Positions 29,258 to 39,150 of a stretch of 64,000 bases of DNA are shown piece after piece. The notes beneath the pieces were generated by a model that had not been told where the DNA came from, ran no database searches, and saw only the letters and a program-made list of their open reading frames with translations. This DNA comes from Candidatus Eiseniibacteriota bacterium (lineage in GTDB: Bacteria > Eisenbacteria > RBG-16-71-46 > SZUA-252): the NCBI GenBank assembly GCA_036505295.1, contig DASXTQ010000019.1:4446-68445 (forward strand). Reading direction: 5' to 3'. A program made the position numbers and the translations under genes. Each line of letters opens with the position of its first letter. Position 1 is the stretch's first letter.

Positions 29258-30763
29258 GTGAGCGGGAGAAGCGCCGGACTCAGGGTGAAGGGCCTCACCG
29301 TGCCCGATGGATCGCGGTGGCTTGTGCGCGACCTCGACTTTGAAGTGAAACCCGGGACCGTGCACATGATCCTGGGAGAGCGCGATACGGGGAAGACCGC
29401 GTTGCTCGAGACCATGGCCGGGCTGCGCCGCGAGGAACGCGGCACGGTCAGGCTCGGCGAGGACGATGCCTCCCTGCGCGATCGGCGGCGCGGCACGCGA
29501 TTCCTGCCCCGTGAGCTCGACGGGACGCAACTGTCGATCCGCGAGCGGTTGCTCGTCGCTCGACCTCCGCGGCGGTTCGGGATCGCGATCCACGGTCGCA
29601 AGGCGGAGGAGTACGCCCGAGCGCTCGCGAAGCGCGTGGGGCTCGAGGCTCTGCTGGACGTCGCGGTCGAGGCGCTGCGTCCGCTCGAACGGAGGCTCCT
29701 CGAGCTCGCCGCGGCGTTCAGCGAATCCCCCCGCGCCGTGTTTCTCGATGAGCCGACGAGCGAGCTGGGCCCCCATGAGGCACGCCATTTACTGGGGGTG
29801 ATCCACGCGATCGCGCGGGACGACGGGGTCCCGGTCGTATTCACGAGCACGTGGGCTCGTGACGGCTACCCTGACGCGGACGCGGTGACGATCCTCTGGC
29901 GGGGCCAGGCGGCCGCCACTGTTTCGACCGCCGACGTCACCGAGTCCGCTTTGGTTGATCGCTGGACCGGGGGCGGGCTCCGCAGGGCGCCGACAGGACC
30001 CCACTCGGCGGGGGATGCGCTGCTTCGCATCGAGAACATCGTTATAGCGGGACGCGGCCGCGAAACCTCGCTCGCGGGCGTCGCGTTCGAGGTGCGTGCA
30101 GGTGAAGTCCTGGCGATCGTGGGAGCCCCGGCGGACGGCCTTGATCTGCTCCACGCCGTGCTGCTCGGCCATCGCACACCGGATCGCGGGTCGATCCAGT
30201 TTCTGGGAAAGGAGCTGGCGGGCACCGACCGCCGCCAGCGAGTCGAGGCAGGCGTGAGCTTCGTAAGCCCACCGCACGCGCGCGATCAGTCGCTGGGGAA
30301 TTTCTCCGTCGAGGAAAATCTCATCTTGGGTCAGACCCGCCGCGGCCCGTTCGCGAGGCGCGGCTGGCTCAAATTCGAGTCGATCCGAGGGAACGCGGTC
30401 CGCTCCCTCAGCGATTTCGAGGTGCCGGACGCCAAGCCGCGCGACCGATTCGCCCGCTTGAGCCTGGGCGCGCGGCAGCGGATCGTGATCGCGCGAGAGG
30501 TGCTGCGCGATCCGGTGCTCCTCGTCGCACGGTCCCCCGCGCAGGGGCTGAGCCTCGAGGCTCAGGAGTATCTGCGTAAAGCGCTGGTGCTGCAATGCGA
30601 ACGACGGAGCGGCCTTCTCTGGCTCTCCGAGGATCCCGAGGAGGCGCTTCGGGTGGCCGATCGGCTCGCGGTCCTTGCGGCGGGCAGGCTCGTATGGCTT
30701 CCCGTGACCGAGACGCTCACGCGCGAGGCGATCATCGACGAAATGTCGGGAACGGCGGCGTGA
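29258..30763 (+). CDS. ABC transporter ATP-binding protein with two tandem ATPase domains
   Basis: GERDTGKTALLETMAGL (degenerate Walker A), a second domain with LSLGARQRIVIAREVLRDPVLLV (signature/Walker B). GTG start follows a purine-rich RBS. Confidence 0.7.
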   Translation: MSGRSAGLRVKGLTVPDGSRWLVRDLDFEVKPGTVHMILGERDTGKTALLETMAGLRREERGTVRLGEDDASLRDRRRGTRFLPRELDGTQLSIRERLLVARPPRRFGIAIHGRKAEEYARALAKRVGLEALLDVAVEALRPLERRLLELAAAFSESPRAVFLDEPTSELGPHEARHLLGVIHAIARDDGVPVVFTSTWARDGYPDADAVTILWRGQAAATVSTADVTESALVDRWTGGGLRRAPTGPHSAGDALLRIENIVIAGRGRETSLAGVAFEVRAGEVLAIVGAPADGLDLLHAVLLGHRTPDRGSIQFLGKELAGTDRRQRVEAGVSFVSPPHARDQSLGNFSVEENLILGQTRRGPFARRGWLKFESIRGNAVRSLSDFEVPDAKPRDRFARLSLGARQRIVIAREVLRDPVLLVARSPAQGLSLEAQEYLRKALVLQCERRSGLLWLSEDPEEALRVADRLAVLAAGRLVWLPVTETLTREAIIDEMSGTAA

Positions 30764-30785
30764 TCGGCACGGGCGTATTGCGGGG

Positions 30786-31847
30786 GTGTCTGTGATCCCG
30801 GGTCGCTGTCGAGGCGGCGCATGGTCTCTCCTCGCCAATGTGGCCGCATTTGTCCTGCTGGCCGCCGGCACCCAGTTCCTTGCGCGCCAAGGTTCGCCGT
30901 GGAATCCCGCCGCGTGGGCCGCTCCGTGGGCCGGCGATTTCGTTTTCGTCGCGGCGGGGCTTCTTTTCTTGGGACTTGGTTTTCTCATGCCGCTCCACGC
31001 CGGTGTCCTGAACCTTGGAATCCACGCGCAGTTTCTCGCCGGGTTCGCCGTGGCCGCGGCGATCGTTCGGACTCCCTCGATTGATCCCGCCGCCCGGGCG
31101 GGGCTCGCGCTCGTCGCGGGTGCGGGTGCGGGTGCGCTCGTGGGAGCCGCCATGCTTTGGTTGCGCTGGCGGTTTGCGGTTCACGAGGTCATGAGCGGGC
31201 TTTTGCTCGGAGGCGCGATGGTTCCAATCGCGCAGGCGGTTTCCCTCATGCCGGCCGCGCTCCCCGCGCTCACGTTCGAGCTGAGCCATGCTCCCGTTCT
31301 CCTCCGGTGGACCCCGGGCCTCGGTCTCGGGAATACCTTCCTCCTGACGTGGGGGATTCTGGTCCTCGCGCTCGGCCTTCTTATCGCGCTTGCCTTCGCG
31401 CACGTTCTGCGCAGGTCCGCTCACGGATTCGATCTCAGGACGGTCGGCTCGAACCCGCTCGCTGCCGTGGCGGCCGGCGTGGACGTGGTCTTGGTTCAGC
31501 TCTGGATGCTGGCCGCCGGCGGAGCCTGCGCGGGGCTGACCGGGGCGCTCCAACTCTGGACGCACCCGGCCGTGGCGCTCGAACGCTGGCCTTTCCCGCT
31601 CGCATTTGCCGGGATCACGATCGCGCTGTACGGCTCGGGAAGCGTCCGCGGCGTCCTCGTGGCGTCGGTTGCTTTCGCCCTTTGGCTGAACGCGCCGGGG
31701 ACCCTCGTCTCGCTTGGCGATCCCCGGTGGGGCACGGCGGTTTCGTTGCTGCTCGTGCTTCCGGTTTTGTGGAATCTGCCCCGTCTTCTCCCCGATCAAG
31801 GAGCCCCCCGCGCCCTCTGGCGTACTCGGCATCGCGAAACGTTCTGA
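30786..31847 (+). CDS. ABC transporter permease (polytopic membrane protein)
   Basis: About 10 predicted hydrophobic segments, immediately downstream of the ABC ATPase. Confidence 0.55.
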   Translation: MSVIPGRCRGGAWSLLANVAAFVLLAAGTQFLARQGSPWNPAAWAAPWAGDFVFVAAGLLFLGLGFLMPLHAGVLNLGIHAQFLAGFAVAAAIVRTPSIDPAARAGLALVAGAGAGALVGAAMLWLRWRFAVHEVMSGLLLGGAMVPIAQAVSLMPAALPALTFELSHAPVLLRWTPGLGLGNTFLLTWGILVLALGLLIALAFAHVLRRSAHGFDLRTVGSNPLAAVAAGVDVVLVQLWMLAAGGACAGLTGALQLWTHPAVALERWPFPLAFAGITIALYGSGSVRGVLVASVAFALWLNAPGTLVSLGDPRWGTAVSLLLVLPVLWNLPRLLPDQGAPRALWRTRHRETF

Positions 31848-31910
31848 TCGTCCGTTCCACCCGATGGTTCCAAAGACGCCCCGACGAAACCGCGCTACGG
31901 CGCAAGGAGA

Positions 31911-32579
31911 ATGCACATGGTTCGTTGGGGAGGTGTCGTGTGGGCGCTCGTGACTGCCGTCGCCGCGGCGGTCGCGATCGAGGCGGTATCGGTGCGTGAT
32001 GCGGAGGGAGACGGGCGGGCCGGGGCCGGGCTCAGGCTCAATGAGATCCTCGCGGCTCCGGCGCGCGATTGGGACGGGGACGGGCTCTACGATTCGAAGG
32101 ACGACGAGTGGGTCGAGATCCAAAACGTGGGCCCGGACGTGCTCGCGATCGACGAGTACCGGCTTGGCGACGGCGTCAGGACGGTGCGTTTCGGCTTCTC
32201 GGGAACGATTGCCCCGGGCGAGGTGAAGCTCGTCGCGGGGAGCGCGGCGGTGGCGTGGCAGCGCTCGCGGGGGCTCACGACGGCAGGCTTGAGCCTCAAC
32301 AATTCCGGAGACCAGGTGTACCTGTTGCGCGTGACGGGACCCGACACGACCACCATCGATACCCACGCGTACGGAAGCATCGAGGGTGGAAGCGACCGGT
32401 CCGTGGGTCGTGCGAGCACGGGGAGCGAGGACTGGATTCTCTTCGACTCACTGAATCGCTACACCGGGACCGGGACGCCGGCGGGAACGGGCTGTTCGCC
32501 CACTCCGGGAGGCGTGAACGGGTGCACGACGGACGTGAGCTCCAAGACCTGGGGGGCGATCAAGAGGCTGTATCAGTGA
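31911..32579 (+). CDS. Secreted lamin-tail-domain (LTD) protein
   Basis: AAGGAGA RBS, then a signal peptide. LRLNEILAAP...DEWVEIQNVGPDVLAIDEYRLGDG is the LTD signature. Confidence 0.75.
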   Translation: MHMVRWGGVVWALVTAVAAAVAIEAVSVRDAEGDGRAGAGLRLNEILAAPARDWDGDGLYDSKDDEWVEIQNVGPDVLAIDEYRLGDGVRTVRFGFSGTIAPGEVKLVAGSAAVAWQRSRGLTTAGLSLNNSGDQVYLLRVTGPDTTTIDTHAYGSIEGGSDRSVGRASTGSEDWILFDSLNRYTGTGTPAGTGCSPTPGGVNGCTTDVSSKTWGAIKRLYQ

Positions 32580-32760
32580 TGCGGGACTCCTTGACTCCCT
32601 TGCGGGCCGGGCGTACCATAATAATGTCAAAGTGTGCCGCAATCGGGACCCCCGCAATGATATAGCGTCCTGGCACAATCGATGGACCACCAGGCGCTTA
32701 TATCATCCCACCCATTGGAAGCTTGGTATCGTCGCACCTCTGGTGGCCGATGGTGTACCA

Positions 32761-33915
32761 ATGAGAGGGGGTCCTGTGCCACGTGAGAGACGGGATCGCG
32801 CCATGCAGCAGGAACGTAGGGATTCGAACTCGGGCTCGAAGGTGACGCTGAGCCGCCCCGAACTGAGCGGCGATCGGTACCGGGTTATCTTCGAGAAGCT
32901 CCCGCACCCCGCATGGGTTCTCGATCTCGCCACGCTGCGCTTCCTCGCGGCAAACGAAGCGGCGGTTTCCAAGTATCGCTACTCGTTGGATGAATTCCGC
33001 AACATGTGCTACCTCGATATTCATCTTCCAGGGGACGCGCCAATCGTGAAGGAGAGATTGACCAACGGGCAATCGCCTTCGCCCGGGACCTGCGTCTGGC
33101 GCCATAAGACAAAAAGGGGAGTCCTGGTCGATGTTGTCGCGGCATGGAGCCCCATCCCATTCGACGGTGTGCGCGCGATTCTCCTCACAGCCGATTCCGC
33201 GCACGAGGGCCCGGAGCAGGAAACGGGGAACGACCGGGAACGCCTCGGAGCCCTCTCGCGGCGGCTCGTGGAGCTCCAGGAGACCGAACGAGCCGAGATC
33301 GCGCGCGAGCTTCACGACGAGATAGGGCAGCTCTTGACGGGACTCAAGCTCATGCTCAGCGCGGAGGAGACGGAGCCTCGGTCCGGCGGCGGGCTGACGG
33401 ACCCAGGGGGATCACGCCGCGATCAGATGCTGCAGGTCGTCAACGAGTTGATGGGACTCACCCGAAGCATATCGATGGATTTGCGGCCGCCGATGCTGGA
33501 TCAGCTGGGGCTCCTCCCGGCCCTCGCCTGGCATTTTGAGCGCTTCACCGAACAGACCCGGGTACGCGTCTCGTTCAGCCATAGAGGCATCGATACCCGA
33601 TTCCCCAGAGCCTCAGAGACCGCTTCATTTCGCATCATTCAGGAGGCCCTCACCAATGCGGCTCGCCATGCCGGCATCGAGACCCTTGAGGTGGAGGTCA
33701 GGGCCGATTCGGCATCCTTGATGCTAAGGGTTTCGGACAGGGGGTCGGGGTTTGATCTGGAAGCGGCGTCTGCCACCTCCTCGCCGGGCCTGACCGGCAT
33801 GCAGGAGCGGGCGCTCCTGGTCGGAGGGCATCTCAGAATCGAATCTTCACCCGGGGCGGGCACCCAGGTCACGGCGGAGCTGCCGCTTCGGAAACGCTCG
33901 GAGTCGGGAGATTGA
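32761..33915 (+). CDS. Sensor histidine kinase, NarL-type (PAS + HisKA_3 + HATPase_c)
   Basis: PAS-like N-terminus. ELHDEIGQLLTGLKLML is the His box and GSGFDLE...G.GL..MQERALLVGGHLRIESSPGAGT the ATPase. The start is assigned to an internal ATG (MRGGPVPRE...), which is uncertain. Confidence 0.75.
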   Translation: MRGGPVPRERRDRAMQQERRDSNSGSKVTLSRPELSGDRYRVIFEKLPHPAWVLDLATLRFLAANEAAVSKYRYSLDEFRNMCYLDIHLPGDAPIVKERLTNGQSPSPGTCVWRHKTKRGVLVDVVAAWSPIPFDGVRAILLTADSAHEGPEQETGNDRERLGALSRRLVELQETERAEIARELHDEIGQLLTGLKLMLSAEETEPRSGGGLTDPGGSRRDQMLQVVNELMGLTRSISMDLRPPMLDQLGLLPALAWHFERFTEQTRVRVSFSHRGIDTRFPRASETASFRIIQEALTNAARHAGIETLEVEVRADSASLMLRVSDRGSGFDLEAASATSSPGLTGMQERALLVGGHLRIESSPGAGTQVTAELPLRKRSESGD

Positions 33916-33919
33916 TCGT

Positions 33920-34603
33920 ATGAACCTTGGGAGCTCACCCACGACGATCGTTTTGGGAGACGATCACAAGATCGTTCTCCGGGGGCTACGGGCGTTTCTG
34001 GAGGCCGAGCCCGGATTCGCCGTAATCGGCGAAGCCGCGGACGGGCTCAGGGTCCTTAGTCTGGTCGAGCGACTGAAACCGGATGTTTTGGTTTTGGACC
34101 TCATGATGCCCGGTCTTGGCGGGTTTGATGTAACCCGGCGCGTGGTGAAGCGGTTCTCCAAGACGCGCGTCATCATCCTGTCCATGTATTCGAGCGAGGC
34201 GCACGTCGTCGAGGCTCTACGGAGCGGGGCTTCGGGGTACGTCCTCAAGGATGCGAGCGCAGAGGAGCTCACGATGGCGATTCACGAGGCAGCCGCCGGC
34301 CGACGCTACCTGAGCGCCCCTTTCTCCAATGACAGGATCGATTCCTACCTCAAGCGCCCTATTGCCATCGATCCATACGGCACCCTCACGGCGCGCGAAC
34401 GCGAGGTGCTCCACCTGGTCGCGGAGGGCCTCACCAGCGGCGACATCGCGCGGCGCCTGTTCATCAGCCCTCGCACGGCCGAGAGTCACCGCGCGAATCT
34501 CATGCGCAAGCTCGGTCTCCGGAGCCGCACCGATCTTGTGCGATTCGCCCTCCAACGTGGCATCGTGCCCCTGGAAATGTTTGAAGTCACCGGCCCGCGG
34601 TGA
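33920..34603 (+). CDS. Response regulator, NarL/LuxR family
   Basis: REC (VLVLDLMMPGLGG) plus LuxR HTH (LTAREREVLHLVAEGLTSGDIARRLFISPRTAESH). Confidence 0.85.
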   Translation: MNLGSSPTTIVLGDDHKIVLRGLRAFLEAEPGFAVIGEAADGLRVLSLVERLKPDVLVLDLMMPGLGGFDVTRRVVKRFSKTRVIILSMYSSEAHVVEALRSGASGYVLKDASAEELTMAIHEAAAGRRYLSAPFSNDRIDSYLKRPIAIDPYGTLTAREREVLHLVAEGLTSGDIARRLFISPRTAESHRANLMRKLGLRSRTDLVRFALQRGIVPLEMFEVTGPR

Positions 34604-34647
34604 GCTGAGCGCCGTCCATCCCTGAACAAATCGCGTAAAAAATCGAA

Positions 34648-34685
34648 GACGCCCCTGGCTGCTTGCTGCCCTTCCAGAGGCGTCC
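34648..34685 (+). terminator. Hairpin downstream of the two-component operon (possible terminator, no T-tract)
   Basis: GACGCCCCTGG-N16-CCAGAGGCGTC imperfect inverted repeat 45 nt after the stop. No U-run follows. Confidence 0.3.
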
Positions 34686-35149
34686 TTATCTAGCGTCCCC
34701 TCGCTCTCGTCGAAGAGACATCTATGTCAACCGGCTCGGCCCACATGGCAGCGGTCCCGTGAGTCCGTTCACATGGTGGCTGTCCCGTAGACCGTCCCGG
34801 GCTGATATTGGGGCTCGATGGGACTCGGGCCTCCGAACCGGTGCTCCCGCAGGGAGCGTGCCAGGGGAGACCCTGGGAGGGTCCCCGGCTCCCAAAGTGC
34901 CAGCCCCATATGGTTCTACGCGCCGGAACGCGAGCGTGGCTCGCGCCGGAATCGTCGCCTCTTGAGCCTCGAGGGACGCACAGATGAGGGCACGTCGTGT
35001 GTCTCCCGGTACGGTGCGGTAGGCAATAACCCTGAGATTTCGCCGGATGGTCATTTCGCCCTCTGCCTGAGAATTGCCTGGGCGTAAAATTTTCTTCGTC
35101 CCCGCTCGATCCGCGCGTTGATCCTCGTCCCGATCGCGCTCTACGGCGC

Positions 35150-35677
35150 ATGGGTCGAATTCCTTCCCAAGGGCTAACCACGGAGGGTACAGTCTTGGCT
35201 TTAGACGAGCCGCTTCGGAAACACCTGACGAAGCTCCTCGATTGGGAAGATGCGCACCTCGGGTTCGAAGCCGTGGTGGAAGGGGTCGACGCCGCCCTCC
35301 GAGGCGAGGTACCGCACGGCATGCCCCACTCCCCGTGGCAGCTTCTCGAGCCCTTGCGTCTCACGCAGCACGACATCCTCGATTTCTGTCGGAACCCGGC
35401 GTATTCGGAGCGCGCGTGGCCGAAGGATTACTGGCCGTCGAGCGCGGCCCCGCCTACGGCGGCGGCGTGGGATGAAAGCATCACGGCTTTTCGCCGGGAG
35501 CGGGAAGAGCTGAAGCAGCTGGCCCAAGACCCCGCTTTGGACCTCTTCGCACGCATCCCGCATGGCACGGGGCAGACGTATCTACGCGAGCTGCTGCTCG
35601 TCGCCGACCACAACGCCTACCACATAGGTCAGCTGGTACTCGTCCGGCGCTCCCTGGGAATATGGCCGCCGAAATAG
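35150..35677 (+). CDS. DinB_2/DinB-like family protein (paralog 1)
   Basis: About 170 aa, with a C-terminal ADHNAYHIGQLVLVRRSLG motif typical of the DinB/YfiT four-helix bundle. Confidence 0.6.
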   Translation: MGRIPSQGLTTEGTVLALDEPLRKHLTKLLDWEDAHLGFEAVVEGVDAALRGEVPHGMPHSPWQLLEPLRLTQHDILDFCRNPAYSERAWPKDYWPSSAAPPTAAAWDESITAFRREREELKQLAQDPALDLFARIPHGTGQTYLRELLLVADHNAYHIGQLVLVRRSLGIWPPK

Positions 35678-35693
35678 CCGGGGGCGGCCCTCT

Positions 35694-36023
35694 ATGACCG
35701 CCGCGGACTCCAGCCACCCCATCGCGTGCAATCTCCACGCATTTTCCGCGCGGGAGCGGGAGCGGCATGCATCCTTACTGCAAGGGGTGAGCGCAAGGAT
35801 TCTCGAAACGCGCGAGCTTTCGGACGGCTTCGCATTCCGATTCGCGGCGGAGGGCGAAACGATTGCCGAGCTGGCGGAGTGGATTGGCCTCGAGCGAATG
35901 TGCTGTCCCTTCCTGCGATTCTCGATCGAGGTTGAGGCGAACGCGGGCCCGGTGTGGCTTCGGTTGACGGGGAGCGCCCAGGTCAAAGCCTTCGTCGGGT
36001 CGGCCTTCCACACGCAACGCTAA
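35694..36023 (+). CDS. Hypothetical protein
   Basis: Compact ORF with non-repetitive composition. No recognisable family. Confidence 0.4.
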   Translation: MTAADSSHPIACNLHAFSARERERHASLLQGVSARILETRELSDGFAFRFAAEGETIAELAEWIGLERMCCPFLRFSIEVEANAGPVWLRLTGSAQVKAFVGSAFHTQR

Positions 36024-36028
36024 CCCCC

Positions 36029-36481
36029 ATGAGCCTCAAACGAACAGCCCTCCTATCGGCGGCGTCGGGTTGTGCATGGGGGGCGATTGCCTATCTGCTC
36101 GCGGGTCGTATGGTAGGAAAGGGCATCTGGGGCGGCGTGCTGGTCTCGCCCTTGATCGGGGTCCTCGTGGGCCTGACTGCGGCAAGGCTTCGCAAGCTGC
36201 CGGCCGGCGGCCGTGCCTTCGTCTCGCTCGTGGGTCTCTACGGCGCCACCTTCCTGTTCGGCCTCGCAGTCGGGCTGGGCGGCCTCGCGACAGGCGTGAA
36301 CCGCGGCGAGGGCTCGCACCGTATCCCAAGCGCGGTAATCATGCAGTCGGCGGTGGGATTCCTGTGGGGACTCACATTCATGGGTTACATTCTCGTCCTC
36401 TGGCCTCTCTCGTACCTGAACTGCTGGCTGATCTGGAAACAAGCCGATGCGCGGAATGAGCCCATCGAGTCAGGGGGGTAA
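36029..36481 (+). CDS. Small polytopic membrane protein
   Basis: Four hydrophobic segments. ATG at 36029. Confidence 0.55.
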   Translation: MSLKRTALLSAASGCAWGAIAYLLAGRMVGKGIWGGVLVSPLIGVLVGLTAARLRKLPAGGRAFVSLVGLYGATFLFGLAVGLGGLATGVNRGEGSHRIPSAVIMQSAVGFLWGLTFMGYILVLWPLSYLNCWLIWKQADARNEPIESGG

Positions 36482-36484
36482 TCC

Positions 36485-36997
36485 ATGAGCCGTTCTCTGC
36501 CAGCGATTCTTCTCGTGGCGCTGTTCGCAACGTGCCCACCCGCGCGGGCCGCGGAGCAGTCGACGCCGGCGGGGCACGACGCGGGGGATGCTCGAGAACG
36601 CGACAGCCCCTCCGACGGACGCACGCTTGTGCGCCTCGAGAATGACTGGGCCAGAGCTCTGGTACGGCGTGACGCCGCGACGTTTCGCCGGCTCCTCGCG
36701 AAGGGGTTCGTGTACACGGAGAACGACCGCGTGATGGGACGTGACGCGGTCGTGCGTGAATTGACCGCCGGGGCCGACAGTATCCAGTACGCACGCAACA
36801 AGAACATGCGCGTTCGTTCGTTCGGCACGACCGCGGTGGTCACCGGCTGGCTGGTCGTGCGCGGGCGTAACGCGGGTGTTCTGTTCCATCGCCGGTACCG
36901 CTTCACCGACACGTGGGTCCGTGGCCAGGATGGGTGGCAGATTGTGGCCGCGCACGACTACCTCGCGCCGAGGGGCGCTCGATCGAAATCCGACTGA
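36485..36997 (+). CDS. Secreted SnoaL-like/DUF4440 (NTF2-fold) protein
   Basis: Signal peptide. LENDWARALVRRDAATFRRLLAKGFVYTENDRVMGRDAVV is typical of the NTF2-like DUF4440. Confidence 0.65.
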   Translation: MSRSLPAILLVALFATCPPARAAEQSTPAGHDAGDARERDSPSDGRTLVRLENDWARALVRRDAATFRRLLAKGFVYTENDRVMGRDAVVRELTAGADSIQYARNKNMRVRSFGTTAVVTGWLVVRGRNAGVLFHRRYRFTDTWVRGQDGWQIVAAHDYLAPRGARSKSD

Positions 36998-37011
36998 AGC
37001 GGGCGGATCGC

Positions 37012-37635
37012 GTGCCGAGGCTCTCGCGCCGTCGAGTCGCGTTGGTGCTCCTCCTTGCCGTTGCGACGCTCTCATGCGCCAGGTCGCAGGAGGAGGGCCG
37101 GTGGGGCCGTGGACGGGAACCGGGGAGGCTCAATCGGCTCGACCGGACCACGCTTGCCGCCCTGCGCGACTCCTTCAATGCCGCGATCGATCGCCCGAGG
37201 ATCCTCGTGATGCTGTCGCCGACCTGAGGGACGTGTCTGCGGGGGGCCTCCGCGGTGGCGGCGATTCTCAAGACCCGTGCGGGCACGCCGGTCCGCGCCT
37301 TCGTCGTGTGGGAGCCGGTCCTCTGGACCGATGCCTTCCGCCCGTCCGATGGCGTCCTGTCACGGTACGTCTCCGACGCGCGAGCCACCCACTGGTGGGA
37401 CCCGGACCGGAGCCTGTCCGAAGAGATTCTTCGATCCCCGTGGACGAGGAAGTACCCCGTTCGAGGGGGACCGCTGAAGACCGTGTGGGACTGGGTGGCG
37501 TGCTACCCTCCTGGTGCACGGTGGGAGGCGGACTTCCCCGAGCCGATCGTCCAGGATTTCCCTGTCGTCGATTCCGCCGATCGCGTGGGCGATTGGCTCG
37601 GCGGCGCTGCAGCCGCCGTGGGACCAGATCCATAA
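37012..37635 (+). CDS. Candidate selenoprotein: secreted thioredoxin-fold-like protein with in-frame UGA (37225-37227) in a U-G-T-C redox motif
   Basis: GTG start plus signal peptide (MPRLSRRRVALVLLLAVATLSCA). The single frame continues through a TGA in the context ILVMLSPT-U-GTCLRG (a thioredoxin-like xxCxxC position). A GC hairpin with a GG-containing loop begins 10 nt after the UGA. The two halves are otherwise separate sub-100-aa ORFs. Confidence 0.4.
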
Positions 37636-37651
37636 AACGGGAGTGATCAGG

Positions 37652-39145
37652 GTGAATCAGAAGCTCGACCAGAACCCCCGGCTGGAAGAAGAAGAATCGC
37701 TCGATCCGCAAGACTGGAGCGACATGCGCCGCCTGGGCCATTGCATGGTGGACGACGTCATGGATTATCTGGAGCGTGTCCGCGAGCGTCCGGTATGGCG
37801 ACCTGTTCCGGAAAACGTCAAGGCCGCGCTGCGCTCTCCGCTTCCCGTCGAGGGACAGGGTGCCGGGGCGGTGTATGAGGATTTCCGCCGCACGGTGTTC
37901 CCGCACGGAATGGGGAACGTCCACCCTCGTTTCTGGGGCTGGGTGATCGGGACGGGGACGCCGCTCGGCGCTCTCGCCGACATGTTGGGTGCCGCCATGA
38001 ACCCGAACATCGGGGGCGGCGACCAGGCCCCGAACTATGTCGAGCTCCAAGTTCTGACCTGGCTCAAAGAGATGCTCGGCTATCCGGCAGCCGCGAGCGG
38101 GCTCTTGGTCAGCGGCGGCTCGATGGCGAATCTGGTCGGCCTCGCGGTGGCGAGGAACGCAAAGGCAGAGGTGGATATCGCGCAGGAGGGGGTCGCCGCA
38201 GCGGGGCGCACCATGACGCTTTACGCGTCGGCGGAGACCCACAACTCGGTGAGGAAAAGCGTTTCGCTCCTCGGGCTCGGGCGCGCAGCATTGCGGGAGA
38301 TCCCGGTGGACGATGCCTACCGGATCGATCTCGCGGCGCTGCGCCGGGCGATCGACGAGGACCGCAAGGCCGGACGGCATCCGTTCTGCGTTGTGGGCAA
38401 CGCAGGCACGGTCAACACCGGCGCGATCGACGATCTATCCGCGATCGCCGAGATCTGCGCGGCTGAGAATCTCTGGTTCCACGTCGACGGCGCGTTCGGC
38501 GCGCTCGCCGCTCTCTCGCCGCGACTGAAGCCGCTCGTCCGAGGGATGGAGCGTGCCGACTCGCTGGCGTTCGACCTCCACAAATGGATGTACATGCCCT
38601 ACGAGGTCGGATGCGCTCTCGTTCGTTGGCCCGAGCAACATCGTGCGGCGTTCATCTCACCCGCCGATTACCTCGCCCACTTGGACCGCGGCCTTCCCGC
38701 CGGCCCGATCTGGTTCAGCGAGTATGGCGTGCAGCTCTCGCGCGGCTTCCGGGCGCTCAAGGTGTGGATGTCGCTCAAGGAGCACGGCATCTCGAAGTAC
38801 GGGCGTCTGGTGGCGCAGAATTGCGAGCAGGCGCAGTATCTCTCCGCGCTCGTGACCGCAAGTCCGGAGCTGGAGCTGATGGCGCCCGTACTCCTCAACA
38901 TCGTGTGCTTTCGCTTCGCGCCTCGGGGAACGGACGGCGACCGCCTCGACAGGGCAAACGAGGAGATCCTCTTCGGTCTGCAGGAGAGCGGGACTGCGGT
39001 TCCCAGCTCGACCCGCTTGGGCGGACGGCTCGCGCTCCGGGTCTGCATTTGCAACCACCGTACCCGTCGCGAGGACCTCGAGCTGCTCGTGCGCGAGGTC
39101 ATCGAGCGAGGGCACAAGACCATGAGCGAATCCGTCCGTCGATAA
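37652..39145 (+). CDS. PLP-dependent group II amino-acid decarboxylase
   Basis: SGGSMANLVGLAVARN, DLHKWMYMPYEVGCALVR (PLP-Lys in HKW). GTG start after a GGGAG RBS. Confidence 0.8.
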   Translation: MNQKLDQNPRLEEEESLDPQDWSDMRRLGHCMVDDVMDYLERVRERPVWRPVPENVKAALRSPLPVEGQGAGAVYEDFRRTVFPHGMGNVHPRFWGWVIGTGTPLGALADMLGAAMNPNIGGGDQAPNYVELQVLTWLKEMLGYPAAASGLLVSGGSMANLVGLAVARNAKAEVDIAQEGVAAAGRTMTLYASAETHNSVRKSVSLLGLGRAALREIPVDDAYRIDLAALRRAIDEDRKAGRHPFCVVGNAGTVNTGAIDDLSAIAEICAAENLWFHVDGAFGALAALSPRLKPLVRGMERADSLAFDLHKWMYMPYEVGCALVRWPEQHRAAFISPADYLAHLDRGLPAGPIWFSEYGVQLSRGFRALKVWMSLKEHGISKYGRLVAQNCEQAQYLSALVTASPELELMAPVLLNIVCFRFAPRGTDGDRLDRANEEILFGLQESGTAVPSSTRLGGRLALRVCICNHRTRREDLELLVREVIERGHKTMSESVRR

Positions 39146-39150
39146 CGCAA

